DNA of 24,000 bases from Promethearchaeota archaeon Loki_b32 (GTDB taxonomy: Archaea > Asgardarchaeota > Lokiarchaeia > Sigyniarchaeales > SOKP01): NCBI GenBank assembly GCA_005223125.1, contig NJBH01000011.1:77055-101054 (forward strand), written 5' to 3'. Below the pieces are notes generated by a model, which saw only the letters and a list, made by a program, of their open reading frames with translations, did no database searches and was not told the DNA's origin. The position numbers and the translations under genes are program-made. This document shows positions 1 to 9,486 of the stretch, in pieces; the stretch's first letter is position 1; every line of letters starts with the position of its first letter.

Positions 1-2
1 TA

Positions 3-356
3 TTAATGGGCATTGGTGCATTAATTCATGCTTCCATGATCCCTATAGCAAATACTATGTTTCTTACAATATTGCAAACAAAAATACCTACAGAAACACA
101 GGGTAGAGTCTTTTCATTCGTTATTAGTATTGCAGCAGCTGTTACCCCCCTCGGAATGATAATCTCTGGCCCTTTAGCAGTGATTTTTGGAATTAGGTTA
201 CTTTTCATAATAGTTTTGTATTTACAATTTGTAAGTGTTATGGTAATCTGGTTTTTTACTAATCTTAAAAATGTGATACGCACAGAATCTAAAGATGAAT
301 CAAGAGAGAAACCAGAAGAAGTAAGTCTAAGGCCAGAACAAATTGAATTACAATAA
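3..356 (+). CDS. C-terminal fragment of an MFS-type multi-TM transporter (frame is open to the left edge)
   Basis: Hydrophobic helices with an 'ETQGRVFSFVISIAAAVTPLGMIISGPLAVIFGIRLLF' segment typical of the MFS C-terminal half; charged tail; no stop before the window start. Confidence 0.75.
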   Translation, partial: LMGIGALIHASMIPIANTMFLTILQTKIPTETQGRVFSFVISIAAAVTPLGMIISGPLAVIFGIRLLFIIVLYLQFVSVMVIWFFTNLKNVIRTESKDESREKPEEVSLRPEQIELQ

Positions 357-457
357 TTTTTTATTCATTTAGACCATTAGGCAATAAATTTTAATTAGTA
401 TTTTAATTCTTTAAAAATATCCTAAAAGATTTTTAGTACAATCACTTAATTCTTACA

Positions 458-1594
458 ATGACAAGAGGAATCATAATATCAGGTGGCTGGGGAACTCGTT
501 TACGACCATTAACTTGTACAATCCCTAAATCCTTGATTCCAATAGTTAATAAGCCTGTTATTGAGCGCCAAATCTTATTATTAAAATCCGCGGGGATAAA
601 GGATATTATTTTAGCTGTGAGTGTAATGAGTGATGTATTGAGAAAATATTTTGGAGATGGAGATAAACTTGGTATAAATATCCAATACACGGATGAAAAA
701 ACCCCACTGGGAACAGCTGGTGCTATTAAGTTAGCGGAAGATTATCTTAAAGAAGAAAACTTTTTTATGTTGAATGGTGATGTCATTTTAAATTTTGATT
801 TTAAAGAATTGATTCAAGCTCATGCCAGATATGAAGGGTTAGGTGTAATTGCTAGTAAAGTTGTTCCTGATCCGTCAAGATATGGTGTTATAATTGCTGA
901 AGAAAAATCAAACAAAATTTTAAAATTTCTTGAAAAATCGGAATATACGCCTCCGGACGGAAAGCATATTCCAATGCCTATCAATGCTGGAGTTTATATT
1001 TTAGAACCTGACATTTTTCAATATATTAAACCTAATAAAAAAGTTTCAATTGAACATGATATTTTTCCGATTCTCGTAAGTGAAGAGAAATTGTATCATT
1101 ATTCTATTCCAGGAGTTTGGAAAGATATCGGTAAACCTGAAGAATTATTAGAAGGTAATATTCAATTAATGAATGATATGTTAAAAAACCTACAAACGAA
1201 AAAAGAAAATTTAATTGATGAGAATTTAGATGTTGAGGGTAAAGTTTTAATAAAACCTCCTGTTACTATTGGAGAAAATGTTGTTATTAGAAAAAATTGT
1301 CAAATAGGACCAAATGTAATAATTGGAGATAAAGTGTATATAGGAGCAAATACAGAAATTAAAGATTCTTTGATTTATAACGAAACGTACATTTCAGAGA
1401 ATGTCAAATGTGAAAAAACAATTATAGCAGATAATTGCCTACTTCACGATGGAGTTCAATTAATCGGAAATAATCAAAATTTAGTTATTCTTTCTTCATA
1501 TGTAGAAGTTTTAGATAACATAAAGTTAATTGCTCCTTACAATAACTCACTTGCTATATGTCATCATGAAGTAGTTAGATTGGATGTATCCTAA
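458..1594 (+). CDS. NDP-sugar pyrophosphorylase (mannose-1-P guanylyltransferase / glucose-1-P nucleotidyltransferase type) with a C-terminal left-handed beta-helix
   Basis: N-terminal 'GGWGTRLRPLTCTIPKSLIPIVNKPVI', 'MLNGDVI', 'NAGVYILEP', 'KDIGKPEE', then hexapeptide repeats (IGENVVIRKNCQIGPNVIIGDKVYIG). Confidence 0.93.
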   Translation: MTRGIIISGGWGTRLRPLTCTIPKSLIPIVNKPVIERQILLLKSAGIKDIILAVSVMSDVLRKYFGDGDKLGINIQYTDEKTPLGTAGAIKLAEDYLKEENFFMLNGDVILNFDFKELIQAHARYEGLGVIASKVVPDPSRYGVIIAEEKSNKILKFLEKSEYTPPDGKHIPMPINAGVYILEPDIFQYIKPNKKVSIEHDIFPILVSEEKLYHYSIPGVWKDIGKPEELLEGNIQLMNDMLKNLQTKKENLIDENLDVEGKVLIKPPVTIGENVVIRKNCQIGPNVIIGDKVYIGANTEIKDSLIYNETYISENVKCEKTIIADNCLLHDGVQLIGNNQNLVILSSYVEVLDNIKLIAPYNNSLAICHHEVVRLDVS

Positions 1595-1856
1595 TTAAAG
1601 TGGTTATATCTCTTCACGGAGTTTTATAATTATTTCTTTCTTGTATTTGGTTTAACATAGCCCAACAAGCCTTTAGATTTTTAGATAAAAAACTATTTGA
1701 AAGATACTAAGGGGGAATATTTAAAAATTTAAATTAACAAATATAATCTCAGTTCAAAGATAAATATTTATCAAGAAATAGAACTTTAAAGATCGTGAAT
1801 TAGAGGAAAAAAACCTAGAAATGGATTTTAGCTAAAATTATGAGGTTTATTTTGAA

Positions 1857-3332
1857 TTGAAAGATTACCGAATTGATGATGATTGGATATTAAATCGAAT
1901 TTCGGGGCAAAGTAATAGTTTTAGTCAATGGCTTTCTAATATAATGAATTCCGTTGAAAAAACTTTAGAAGAAGTACATCCTGAAGCACTTGAAGAATTC
2001 AAAAAAGATAAAAACTTGGTATCATTCAAAGATTTGGATAAGGAATTAAGCGAAGCACAAAAAGAATTGGATAAGTTAGGATTTTTTGGAAAAAGCATTT
2101 CAAACTTTACCACGAAAATTCTTAGCGGGATTCAAAAACCAATTGAAAAACATATTAAAAAATCTTTAAAGGATATTGAGGGCTTAGATCTTGATTTAGA
2201 TTTTATAACTGGAAAGAAAAAAGATTTATCTACTGCTCTTTTTGATGTATCTAAAGAAAGGGGAATAGAATCTGAAGGTTTACTATATCTTATACGAGCT
2301 TTACCCGACCTTGAGGCATTTCTTTATAGTACCAGTGTGAGAAAATATTATCGAGATCATACGGAGCATGCTCTCCGTGTTGCTGTTTTAGGAGATTTTC
2401 TTTTAGAACAAGATTTAGGACAAGGATCTCTAGAAGGCATGATTTCTGAATTAACAGAACTAGACAAGAATTTATTAAAGGATAAATTTTGGTGGATCAC
2501 GGGGTTACTTCATGATATCGGTTATCCTTTAGGAAAAATGACAACAGCAGTTAACTATTCACTTCTTAACCAATTATTAAAGTGTTATCCTACTCTTGAT
2601 TTAGAATTCATCCCTTTTGAAATAAATTTAGCATGGAAAGGCGAACAAGAAGAGTATCTGAAAATTATAGAAGAAGGACTTTCTAAAGAAGCTCGTGAAT
2701 TATTAAGGCAAGGAGCTGGCTTTAAATATCAAAGCAGTTCTGCTCAAGATATACAGACTTTCTTAAATCAGCCAAATGGACATCCTGAATTTAAATATAA
2801 GAACCCTGTAGAATTAGATCATGGTGTCATTTCTGCGCTTTCTCTTTTGAAGGGTCTTGGAACTCCGCACGAAATTAAACAAAATGATGAATATGTCGGA
2901 TATATTCTATGTGCAAGAGCAATGGCATTACATAATTTTAAAGCATCTCTTAAAGACTATGTTTTTAAAGAGCAACCATTAGCATTTTTCTTAATGTTAA
3001 TAGATGAATTGCAGGAGTGGGGGAGACCTATTCCTGTTCAAATACGTGATACATATTTTACCACTGAATTGACAAAAGTAACATTGTTAGATGAACTTTT
3101 ACTTAGTTTAGATGAATTTTCATGGTTAATGCAGTTTAAAAATCAACAAGCTAAAGACTTAATGAAATTTAATTTTAATTTATTTTCAAATGATAAGAAA
3201 AAAACATTCGGACGGTTAAAAAGTGGAGACCTGTTTCCTGAAACTACAATCAACCTTCAAGATATTAAAATAATTAAAGAAAAAAAGGAAAAGAAGGAAA
3301 ACATCATAGCACAAGATACAATTATTATTTGA
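1857..3332 (+). CDS. HD-domain metal-dependent phosphohydrolase-like protein
   Basis: 'DHTEHALRVAVLGDFLL', 'GLLHDIGYPLGK', 'ELDHGVISALSLL' match H...HD...H/D metal-binding spacing; TTG start in the ORF track. Confidence 0.7.
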   Translation: MKDYRIDDDWILNRISGQSNSFSQWLSNIMNSVEKTLEEVHPEALEEFKKDKNLVSFKDLDKELSEAQKELDKLGFFGKSISNFTTKILSGIQKPIEKHIKKSLKDIEGLDLDLDFITGKKKDLSTALFDVSKERGIESEGLLYLIRALPDLEAFLYSTSVRKYYRDHTEHALRVAVLGDFLLEQDLGQGSLEGMISELTELDKNLLKDKFWWITGLLHDIGYPLGKMTTAVNYSLLNQLLKCYPTLDLEFIPFEINLAWKGEQEEYLKIIEEGLSKEARELLRQGAGFKYQSSSAQDIQTFLNQPNGHPEFKYKNPVELDHGVISALSLLKGLGTPHEIKQNDEYVGYILCARAMALHNFKASLKDYVFKEQPLAFFLMLIDELQEWGRPIPVQIRDTYFTTELTKVTLLDELLLSLDEFSWLMQFKNQQAKDLMKFNFNLFSNDKKKTFGRLKSGDLFPETTINLQDIKIIKEKKEKKENIIAQDTIII

Positions 3333-3340
3333 AGTGAGAT

Positions 3341-3625
3341 ATGATTATGGAAAGTATTAAAAAAAATGGTATAACAATATATAGTGCTCTATTTGAACGA
3401 AAAAAAGTTGTTGAAATCGATGACATTGAATATCCAATTAAGAGATTTTCAAGTGGTATTCGATATGTAGATCTTTTTGGATATAGATACATCGAACAAA
3501 ATCGCAATAAAAAATCAGAATGGGGTAAAAAAGCAAGAGAGGGTCATAAGATCATGTGGGTTATTAAAGGTAGACGCTATATGGCAAGGATAATGGATGG
3601 AGAATATGTAGATTTAAAAAAATAA
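3341..3625 (+). CDS. Small basic hypothetical protein (94 aa), 8 nt downstream of the HD-domain gene
   Basis: Intact ORF, same strand, very short intergenic gap; no recognised motif. Confidence 0.55.
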   Translation: MIMESIKKNGITIYSALFERKKVVEIDDIEYPIKRFSSGIRYVDLFGYRYIEQNRNKKSEWGKKAREGHKIMWVIKGRRYMARIMDGEYVDLKK

Positions 3626-3800
3626 TGTTTAACTCTTTTAATTCTTAGGTTATTTTTTACATAAAAATTGGTCTCCATTTTGTTATTATACTATTATATT
3701 CATTTTGTAATTAGTGATACAAAGAAAATTAGATAATATGGTATTACCTTTTCCATTTCCATAATGGGTGTATTTTTAAAAATATACCCATTTTTTTCCT

Positions 3801-4400
3801 TTATTCTCCCTTAAACTTATCTGATATCAGTTCTAAGTAAGACTTTCTTATAGATTCTTCCTTTTTAATATCAAATATAGTTAAAAATTCAAATAGAACT
3901 TCTCTAGAACTGTTGAGGTTTTCAGCTGATTCTACTAAATATTCAACTTCAATAAAATACTGTTCTAAAATTGGGATGTAATCAATTAACGCTTCGATAT
4001 GGTAGGTTTGAAATTCGAATTCAAATAATTCTCTTTCTTTCTTAACAGTAAAAATTTCTTGAAATCCTAATAGCTTTAACATATGTCTTATTTTTTCAAT
4101 ATCTTCTATTTTAACATCAATTTCTTCACGCGTTTTTGTAGTTATATCTATTTTTTTCCCCTTATAGGTTATATAATAATTAATTGTTTTCTCGATGGGT
4201 TTGTCAAATTTATCAATCTCGACAGATTTCCTCAATCTTAAAGCTTCATCAGTCTCTTTAAAATCTCTTAATCCTTTTGGCATATTAAAGTAAGTGTCTT
4301 CATGATATAATGATAATTTGTATATACCTCCATGATCCTTAAACTTATTTATCATGACCTCTGGATCTGAGATTTTTACCTTAATTTCTACCTCAATCAC
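3801..4400 (-). CDS. CYTH-domain protein (class IV adenylyl cyclase / thiamine-triphosphatase-like)
   Basis: 'MIEVEIKVKI...' (ExExK), 'HEDTYFN', 'EALRLRK', 'YYITYKG' and acidic C-terminal strand residues. Confidence 0.87.
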   Translation of the reverse strand: MIEVEIKVKISDPEVMINKFKDHGGIYKLSLYHEDTYFNMPKGLRDFKETDEALRLRKSVEIDKFDKPIEKTINYYITYKGKKIDITTKTREEIDVKIEDIEKIRHMLKLLGFQEIFTVKKERELFEFEFQTYHIEALIDYIPILEQYFIEVEYLVESAENLNSSREVLFEFLTIFDIKKEESIRKSYLELISDKFKGE

Positions 4401-5448
4401 GTTTCTAATATTTACTCTGATAACAATTATAATTTATAATTTTTTATTAGTATTAATAGAATGGAATCGAGTTGATATATCTATTTCACAAATACAAGAA
4501 GATGCTAGAAAACTCGCAGAAAAATATGGTTATCTCCCCTATATGGTACAAAGATATATTCAATTCCTCGGGTTAGATGACACATTAAAATTGTTAAAGG
4601 CAAATGAGCAACCACTAACACCGTCAATCCGAGTTAACACTCTTAAGATATCTGTATTAGAATTAAAAAATCGATTAGAAAAAAAAGGATTTGAGTTAGA
4701 GCAAATTGACTGGGTTCCAAATGGATTTAAAGTAATTAAAGAAGCTTTCAATTTGGGATCTTCACACGAATTCCTACAAGGATATTATTATTTACAAAAC
4801 ATTGCTTCAATGTTATCCGCAGTTATTCTCAATCCTAAGCCAAATGACATTGTAATCGATATGTGTGCTGCTCCAGGAAGTAAATCAACACACCTAGCTC
4901 AACTCATGGGTAATAATGGAACACTCATTTTAATTGATAAAAATAAAAACCGAATTCCTGCTCTAGAAACTAATTTACGCCGAATGGGAATTATTAATTC
5001 AATTTTACTTAATATAGATGCCATTAATTTACCAAATCTGAATGTTAAAGCTAATAAAATTTTATTAGACGCCCCATGCACAGGAGAAGGATTAATAAGA
5101 CAAGATCCAAGTAGAAAAGTTAGTAAAAAAATGAAAGATATTGAAAAAATGGCTCCAATTCAAAAAAAACTATTAAAAGCAGGATTGAACTCATTAAAAT
5201 CGGAAGGTGTGTTACTTTATTGTACGTGTTCAATCGCTCCTGAAGAGAATGAACTAGTTGTAAATGAAGTAGTGGATAAACTAGACAATTTTACTATAAG
5301 TGAAATATCTAAGAATTACGGTGTGAATGGCTTAACGGAAGTTTTTGGAATTAAACTATTAGAAGATTTAAGATTCTCACAACGCTTGTATCCTCATATT
5401 CATGATACTATAGGTTTTTACTTCTGCCTAATAAAAAATTTAGATTAA
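4354..5448 (+). CDS. NSUN/RsmB-family RNA (cytosine-5) methyltransferase
   Basis: 'DMCAAPGSKSTHLAQLM' SAM-binding motif, 'LLDAPCTGEGLI' and 'LYCTCSIAPEENE' catalytic Cys motifs. The true start is uncertain; the first 35 or so residues are hydrophobic and overlap the divergent CYTH gene. Confidence 0.92.
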   Translation: MTSGSEIFTLISTSITFLIFTLITIIIYNFLLVLIEWNRVDISISQIQEDARKLAEKYGYLPYMVQRYIQFLGLDDTLKLLKANEQPLTPSIRVNTLKISVLELKNRLEKKGFELEQIDWVPNGFKVIKEAFNLGSSHEFLQGYYYLQNIASMLSAVILNPKPNDIVIDMCAAPGSKSTHLAQLMGNNGTLILIDKNKNRIPALETNLRRMGIINSILLNIDAINLPNLNVKANKILLDAPCTGEGLIRQDPSRKVSKKMKDIEKMAPIQKKLLKAGLNSLKSEGVLLYCTCSIAPEENELVVNEVVDKLDNFTISEISKNYGVNGLTEVFGIKLLEDLRFSQRLYPHIHDTIGFYFCLIKNLD

Positions 5449-5545
5449 TTTTTTTTTTGTAGAATTTTAGTCCATATGATTTTATAGGAGAATTTGTATT
5501 ATTTAATATGTATTAATCTTTGAAATTCAACATTTTTCTGTAAAA

Positions 5546-6598
5546 ATGACTTCTATTACTATTTTTAATGAGAAAATAAAAGATAGTATAACAATGTCTA
5601 ATACTTTAGATAATATAGAAGCGATAATCTTAAAGTATGAGTGTACATTTAAAATACTACTTAGAAAAAGATCCTGGTTATTAAGACTTTCAAGAAAATT
5701 GTGTCCCACTTCCAAGATTTTGTTCTTAAAAGAAGATTTATATTTATATTTATTAAGAAACAATCTTTATATAAAAAACACCACCATTAGGAAATTAATA
5801 AAACCAGAAATTCTTAAAGCCCCCGAATTTCGAGTATACTGTTTATATCTCAATTATATAATACAATTGGTTATCTCTATTATGAAAATCCAGATTTTAT
5901 CTAAGTCTATAGGATTCGAGCATCCTAGTGTGAAGAGAGTTATAGAGATAGCTGAGGATATTATGAGTAAGAACAAAATATTAAATGTGGAAACTCTCTA
6001 CAACGTGGCAAAAAAAATATTGAAATTACCTAGAAACGGACTCTTATTTATAATACAATTTTTAATAAATAAAAAAATTCTAATTGAAGGTTCAAAATTC
6101 TCCAAGGAAACAGTTCTTTTAAATTCCATTAGAAAAAGTGTTTATAATTATATTAGATTGAACCCGGGAGTACATTTTTCTATTTTAAGAAGAAAGGCGC
6201 TATCTGATAAATCAGGAAGTTCGGGACAATTAGTATGGCATTTAGAAATGTTGCTAAAATTTAACTACATTAATAAAATTAAAGTGGGTAATTATACAGT
6301 TTTCCTTCCTTTTGATATGTCTGAGGATATTGGAAAATTAATTTTTCTTCTAAGAGATCAAATAACAAATAAAATAGTTCATTTATTAGTTGGTAAGGAA
6401 ACTTTAGTTAAAGCTGAGATATATAAACAATTAGAAGAAAAAAGAGAAAATGTCTATTATCGCATTAACAATTTACAAGATCATGATGTAATTGCTATAA
6501 GTGAGAGTTCAGATAAAGAAATATGCTTAAACTCGAATAAAAAGGAGATTATTATTGACATTTTAAAATCATTAAAATTAAATACTGAAAATAAATAA
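5546..6598 (+). CDS. Winged-helix transcriptional regulator-like protein (probably two wHTH domains; true start may be the Met around 5594)
   Basis: 'LNPGVHFSILRRKALSDKSGSSGQLVWHLEMLLKFNYINKIKVGNYTVFLP' is a typical archaeal wHTH signature, followed by a second wHTH-like segment. Confidence 0.6.
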   Translation: MTSITIFNEKIKDSITMSNTLDNIEAIILKYECTFKILLRKRSWLLRLSRKLCPTSKILFLKEDLYLYLLRNNLYIKNTTIRKLIKPEILKAPEFRVYCLYLNYIIQLVISIMKIQILSKSIGFEHPSVKRVIEIAEDIMSKNKILNVETLYNVAKKILKLPRNGLLFIIQFLINKKILIEGSKFSKETVLLNSIRKSVYNYIRLNPGVHFSILRRKALSDKSGSSGQLVWHLEMLLKFNYINKIKVGNYTVFLPFDMSEDIGKLIFLLRDQITNKIVHLLVGKETLVKAEIYKQLEEKRENVYYRINNLQDHDVIAISESSDKEICLNSNKKEIIIDILKSLKLNTENK

Positions 6599-6623
6599 CG
6601 GTGAATTAGGAAGAGGTATTAAA

Positions 6624-7937
6624 ATGATATTAAATTGGAATATTGAGGTTATTGTTAATTTTCTGGTAGCTGCTGTTGGATTAATTTTTACGATAACTAC
6701 TTACTATTCTCCACAAGTTAAGAAAATTAAATCATTATTTTATATTAGATTAGGATTTACCGGTTTTTGGGTTTTCATGCTATTAGATGGATTAGCATTT
6801 CTATTTTTGAGTGAATTCCTTGGATTAATTAACTGTATAAATATATTTCTCGCAACTATATTTATAATTATTGGTGTAAATTATACAATCAAAGAAACTT
6901 TTTATTCTATTGGGTTAATTATAGCTATTGGCTTAGGCGTACTACTTTTTTATGTGGGAACACAACCTGGTGCTGTTGATATAGAATTACAATCCGGGTA
7001 TCTAAGAGTGAGATGGTTGGGATTATTTAATACCTTGGCGATGATATTGAGTGGTGTTGCATTGTATTATTTATTCTATTGGGGAATAAAGACATACAAA
7101 CATGCACCATTTTTAATTAAGAAGGAAGCATCCATATTTTTTATAGGGATTTTAATAGCTTCTCCTTTAAGTCTTACCTTTTATTTCCTTTATATTTTTG
7201 AACCCATTTTAATTCTAGCAAACGCCATAGCCATGTTGGTTGGTGCTATAATCATTACCCTTACAGTTATTAGTGAACCAAAATTGTTATATATATTACC
7301 TTTTACAATTCATCGAATAGTTGTGAAAGATAAAGATGGTCGACCATTATATGATCATGACTGGTCTGAATCGAATATAACTGAAACTATTTTTACTGGA
7401 TTCTTAAACGCTGTACAACTAATGAGTGAAGAGGTAATGCATATAGGAGGATTACTGGATATTCAATTAGAAGAGGGCATTTTAATTTTAAAAGAATCTA
7501 ATCGAATAACAGTAGGGCTTGTATCTTCAAAATCATCAAAATTATTAAGAGATTCAGTAATTAAGTTCACTGAAGATTTTGAGAAAAAATTTGACCGTGA
7601 ATTAAAGAGATCAGAAACGGAGATGTCTCACTATGATGGAGCATTTGAACTCATAGAAAAATACTTTTCTAACTTTCCTTATAAGATTATTAAAAGTAAA
7701 ACAGAACCACTATTATTGAAGGGAAAGTATTTAAAAATTCCATTAGAATTAGAAACCAAACTCCGAAGTGTATTCCCAGATGATAAAGAATATGAGGCAA
7801 TTAAAGCTGAATTATTGAAAGCTCCCCTTTCTTTCGCCTCTGATTTTTTCAAACTCCATGATGATTTGAAAGATGAGATGGAACGAATTTCAGGTGAAGA
7901 AGTTAAATATTTAGATGAAAATTATGAGGAAAATTAG
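6624..7937 (+). CDS. Multi-TM membrane protein (about 7 TM) with a C-terminal cytosolic longin/roadblock-like sensor domain
   Basis: About 7 hydrophobic segments in residues 1-225; then 'IHRIVVKDKDGRPLYDHDW...ETIFTGFLNAVQLMSEEVMHIGG...ILILKESNRITVGLVSS...LLRDSVIKFTEDFEKKF'. Confidence 0.6.
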   Translation: MILNWNIEVIVNFLVAAVGLIFTITTYYSPQVKKIKSLFYIRLGFTGFWVFMLLDGLAFLFLSEFLGLINCINIFLATIFIIIGVNYTIKETFYSIGLIIAIGLGVLLFYVGTQPGAVDIELQSGYLRVRWLGLFNTLAMILSGVALYYLFYWGIKTYKHAPFLIKKEASIFFIGILIASPLSLTFYFLYIFEPILILANAIAMLVGAIIITLTVISEPKLLYILPFTIHRIVVKDKDGRPLYDHDWSESNITETIFTGFLNAVQLMSEEVMHIGGLLDIQLEEGILILKESNRITVGLVSSKSSKLLRDSVIKFTEDFEKKFDRELKRSETEMSHYDGAFELIEKYFSNFPYKIIKSKTEPLLLKGKYLKIPLELETKLRSVFPDDKEYEAIKAELLKAPLSFASDFFKLHDDLKDEMERISGEEVKYLDENYEEN

Positions 7938-8099
7938 TAATTTTATTTTGAATTTGACTTAAATCGCTTTTTCCATAATTTTAATTTTTTTGTAAAAATT
8001 TGGTCCTAGTAATTTTAAATATCTTGAAGATAAAAAGATTCATAATCTATTTTTATTATTGATTATAGGGGAGATTTGGGCGAAATTCTCCCTTTTAAT

Positions 8100-8678
8100 T
8101 TATTGACTTACTCTTAAATAAATACCTTTATCAATTAAATTAATAGCAATAATATCTTTTGGTTTAACTTCCTGAATGTCTTGATAATCAAATTTAGACC
8201 TAATTAATGCCAGGACTTCCTCATATTTATTGATAACTAATAAGAGATCTTTCTTTCTTAAAGAAATAGGAAATTTAATTATCATATTTTTCAAAATATT
8301 ATTTCCATAAAGAATTGATTTTTCTCCTTTATCATTCACATAGATTCTTCTAAAACTAGAAAGTTTATTGTTTTTATATAAAAATTCAGCGCCTTCTAAA
8401 CTTATATGGAAATTTCCTTTCTTAATAAAACCAAAATATAAACCTGCTGAGATTATTCTATCACTTTTCAAAGATTGTAATAAGGTATATTGATCTTTTG
8501 AAATTAGAAAAATATTTGGGAATATACTTCTTGATGTTAAACTTTCTGTTGAAAAATATAAAAATTTTTTAAAATTATTAATAATTTGCTGGAAATCTGA
8601 AGAGATTTTAGTAAGTGAAGTAATTATTATTTTCTCTTCAATTTCATTGATCCTTCTAAACTCCAATGTTTCACTCAT
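8100..8678 (-). CDS. NIP7-like PUA-domain ribosome biogenesis protein
   Basis: Aligns by eye to eukaryotic NIP7 along its length: 'SAGLYFGFIKKGNFHISLEGAEFL' vs '[25 protein letters not shown]', 'KSILYGNNILKNMI' vs 'QSFLYGNHVLKSGL', 'KPKDIIAINLIDKGIYLR' vs 'DPMAIVVFHQADIGEYVR'. Confidence 0.75.
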   Translation of the reverse strand: MSETLEFRRINEIEEKIIITSLTKISSDFQQIINNFKKFLYFSTESLTSRSIFPNIFLISKDQYTLLQSLKSDRIISAGLYFGFIKKGNFHISLEGAEFLYKNNKLSSFRRIYVNDKGEKSILYGNNILKNMIIKFPISLRKKDLLLVINKYEEVLALIRSKFDYQDIQEVKPKDIIAINLIDKGIYLRVSQ

Positions 8679-8757
8679 AATTAATTAAAATAAAAAGAAA
8701 TAAGAGGTTTTATTATTATTAATCTATAAAGGTATTAAAAAATAGTGTTATCTAAAA

Positions 8758-9471
8758 ATGGGTATTCGTAAGATAGAAGATGAGATTGATTTAAAAGAAG
8801 CGATGAAAAAAAAAGCAACAGAGCTAAAGATGAAAGATATGCAAGCAAAAGCCTCTGTTGAAAAATTTACGAAAGATAAGCTTAGAGAATTAGCTAAGCA
8901 ACATGGTATTTTATTAGCTCTTACACCAGAATTAAGACAAGAAGTAAAAGAGTTGCAGAAAAAGTACAATATTCCATCTTCAAAAATTATTACTGAACAA
9001 ATTACTGAGCATGACGTATTGAGAAAATTCTCTAAAATTGATTACCAAAAATTGGGAATGTTAGCATATCAGAGAGTTTTAATGAGTAAAGAAGAAACTG
9101 GAGGAATAATCCCTTTATCAGAAGTGTTTGAATTAGTGAGTACTGGAATCTTGAAAGGCAATCTTGATGTGAAAGATGTGGAAAAATCTTTAAAACTACT
9201 GAAGAAAACAAGAGTTATTGAAGACGTAACTGAATTAGATTCTGGTGCTATTATTGTTCGGTTTTTTCCGATTCAATATACAGGGGATGAAGCGAAAGTT
9301 GTTAATTTGGCTAAAGAAAAAGGCGTCCTTACTTTAGAAGATGTATGTAGTAATTTAAACTGGTCACAAGATCGTGCTATAAGAGCATTAAAGTCGCTCG
9401 AAATAAGTGGTATTACAAAATTTAGAGAAAATCTCTTAACAGGGAAACAATGGTATTTCCCATCATTATAA
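8758..9471 (+). CDS. vps22: ESCRT-II Vps22/SNF8 (EAP30 domain) homologue
   Basis: N-terminal helical region then tandem winged helices; 'TGGIIPLSEVFELVS...DVKDVEKSLKLLKKTRVI...KVVNLAKEKGVLTLEDVCSNLNWSQDRAIRALKSLEISGITKF...QWYFPSL' parallels human SNF8 'NGGLITLEELHQQV...VVLQLAEKNGYVTVSEIKASLKWETERARQVLEHLLKEGLAW...YWLPAL'. Confidence 0.85.
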   Translation: MGIRKIEDEIDLKEAMKKKATELKMKDMQAKASVEKFTKDKLRELAKQHGILLALTPELRQEVKELQKKYNIPSSKIITEQITEHDVLRKFSKIDYQKLGMLAYQRVLMSKEETGGIIPLSEVFELVSTGILKGNLDVKDVEKSLKLLKKTRVIEDVTELDSGAIIVRFFPIQYTGDEAKVVNLAKEKGVLTLEDVCSNLNWSQDRAIRALKSLEISGITKFRENLLTGKQWYFPSL

Positions 9472-9486
9472 TAATAGCATAATTTT

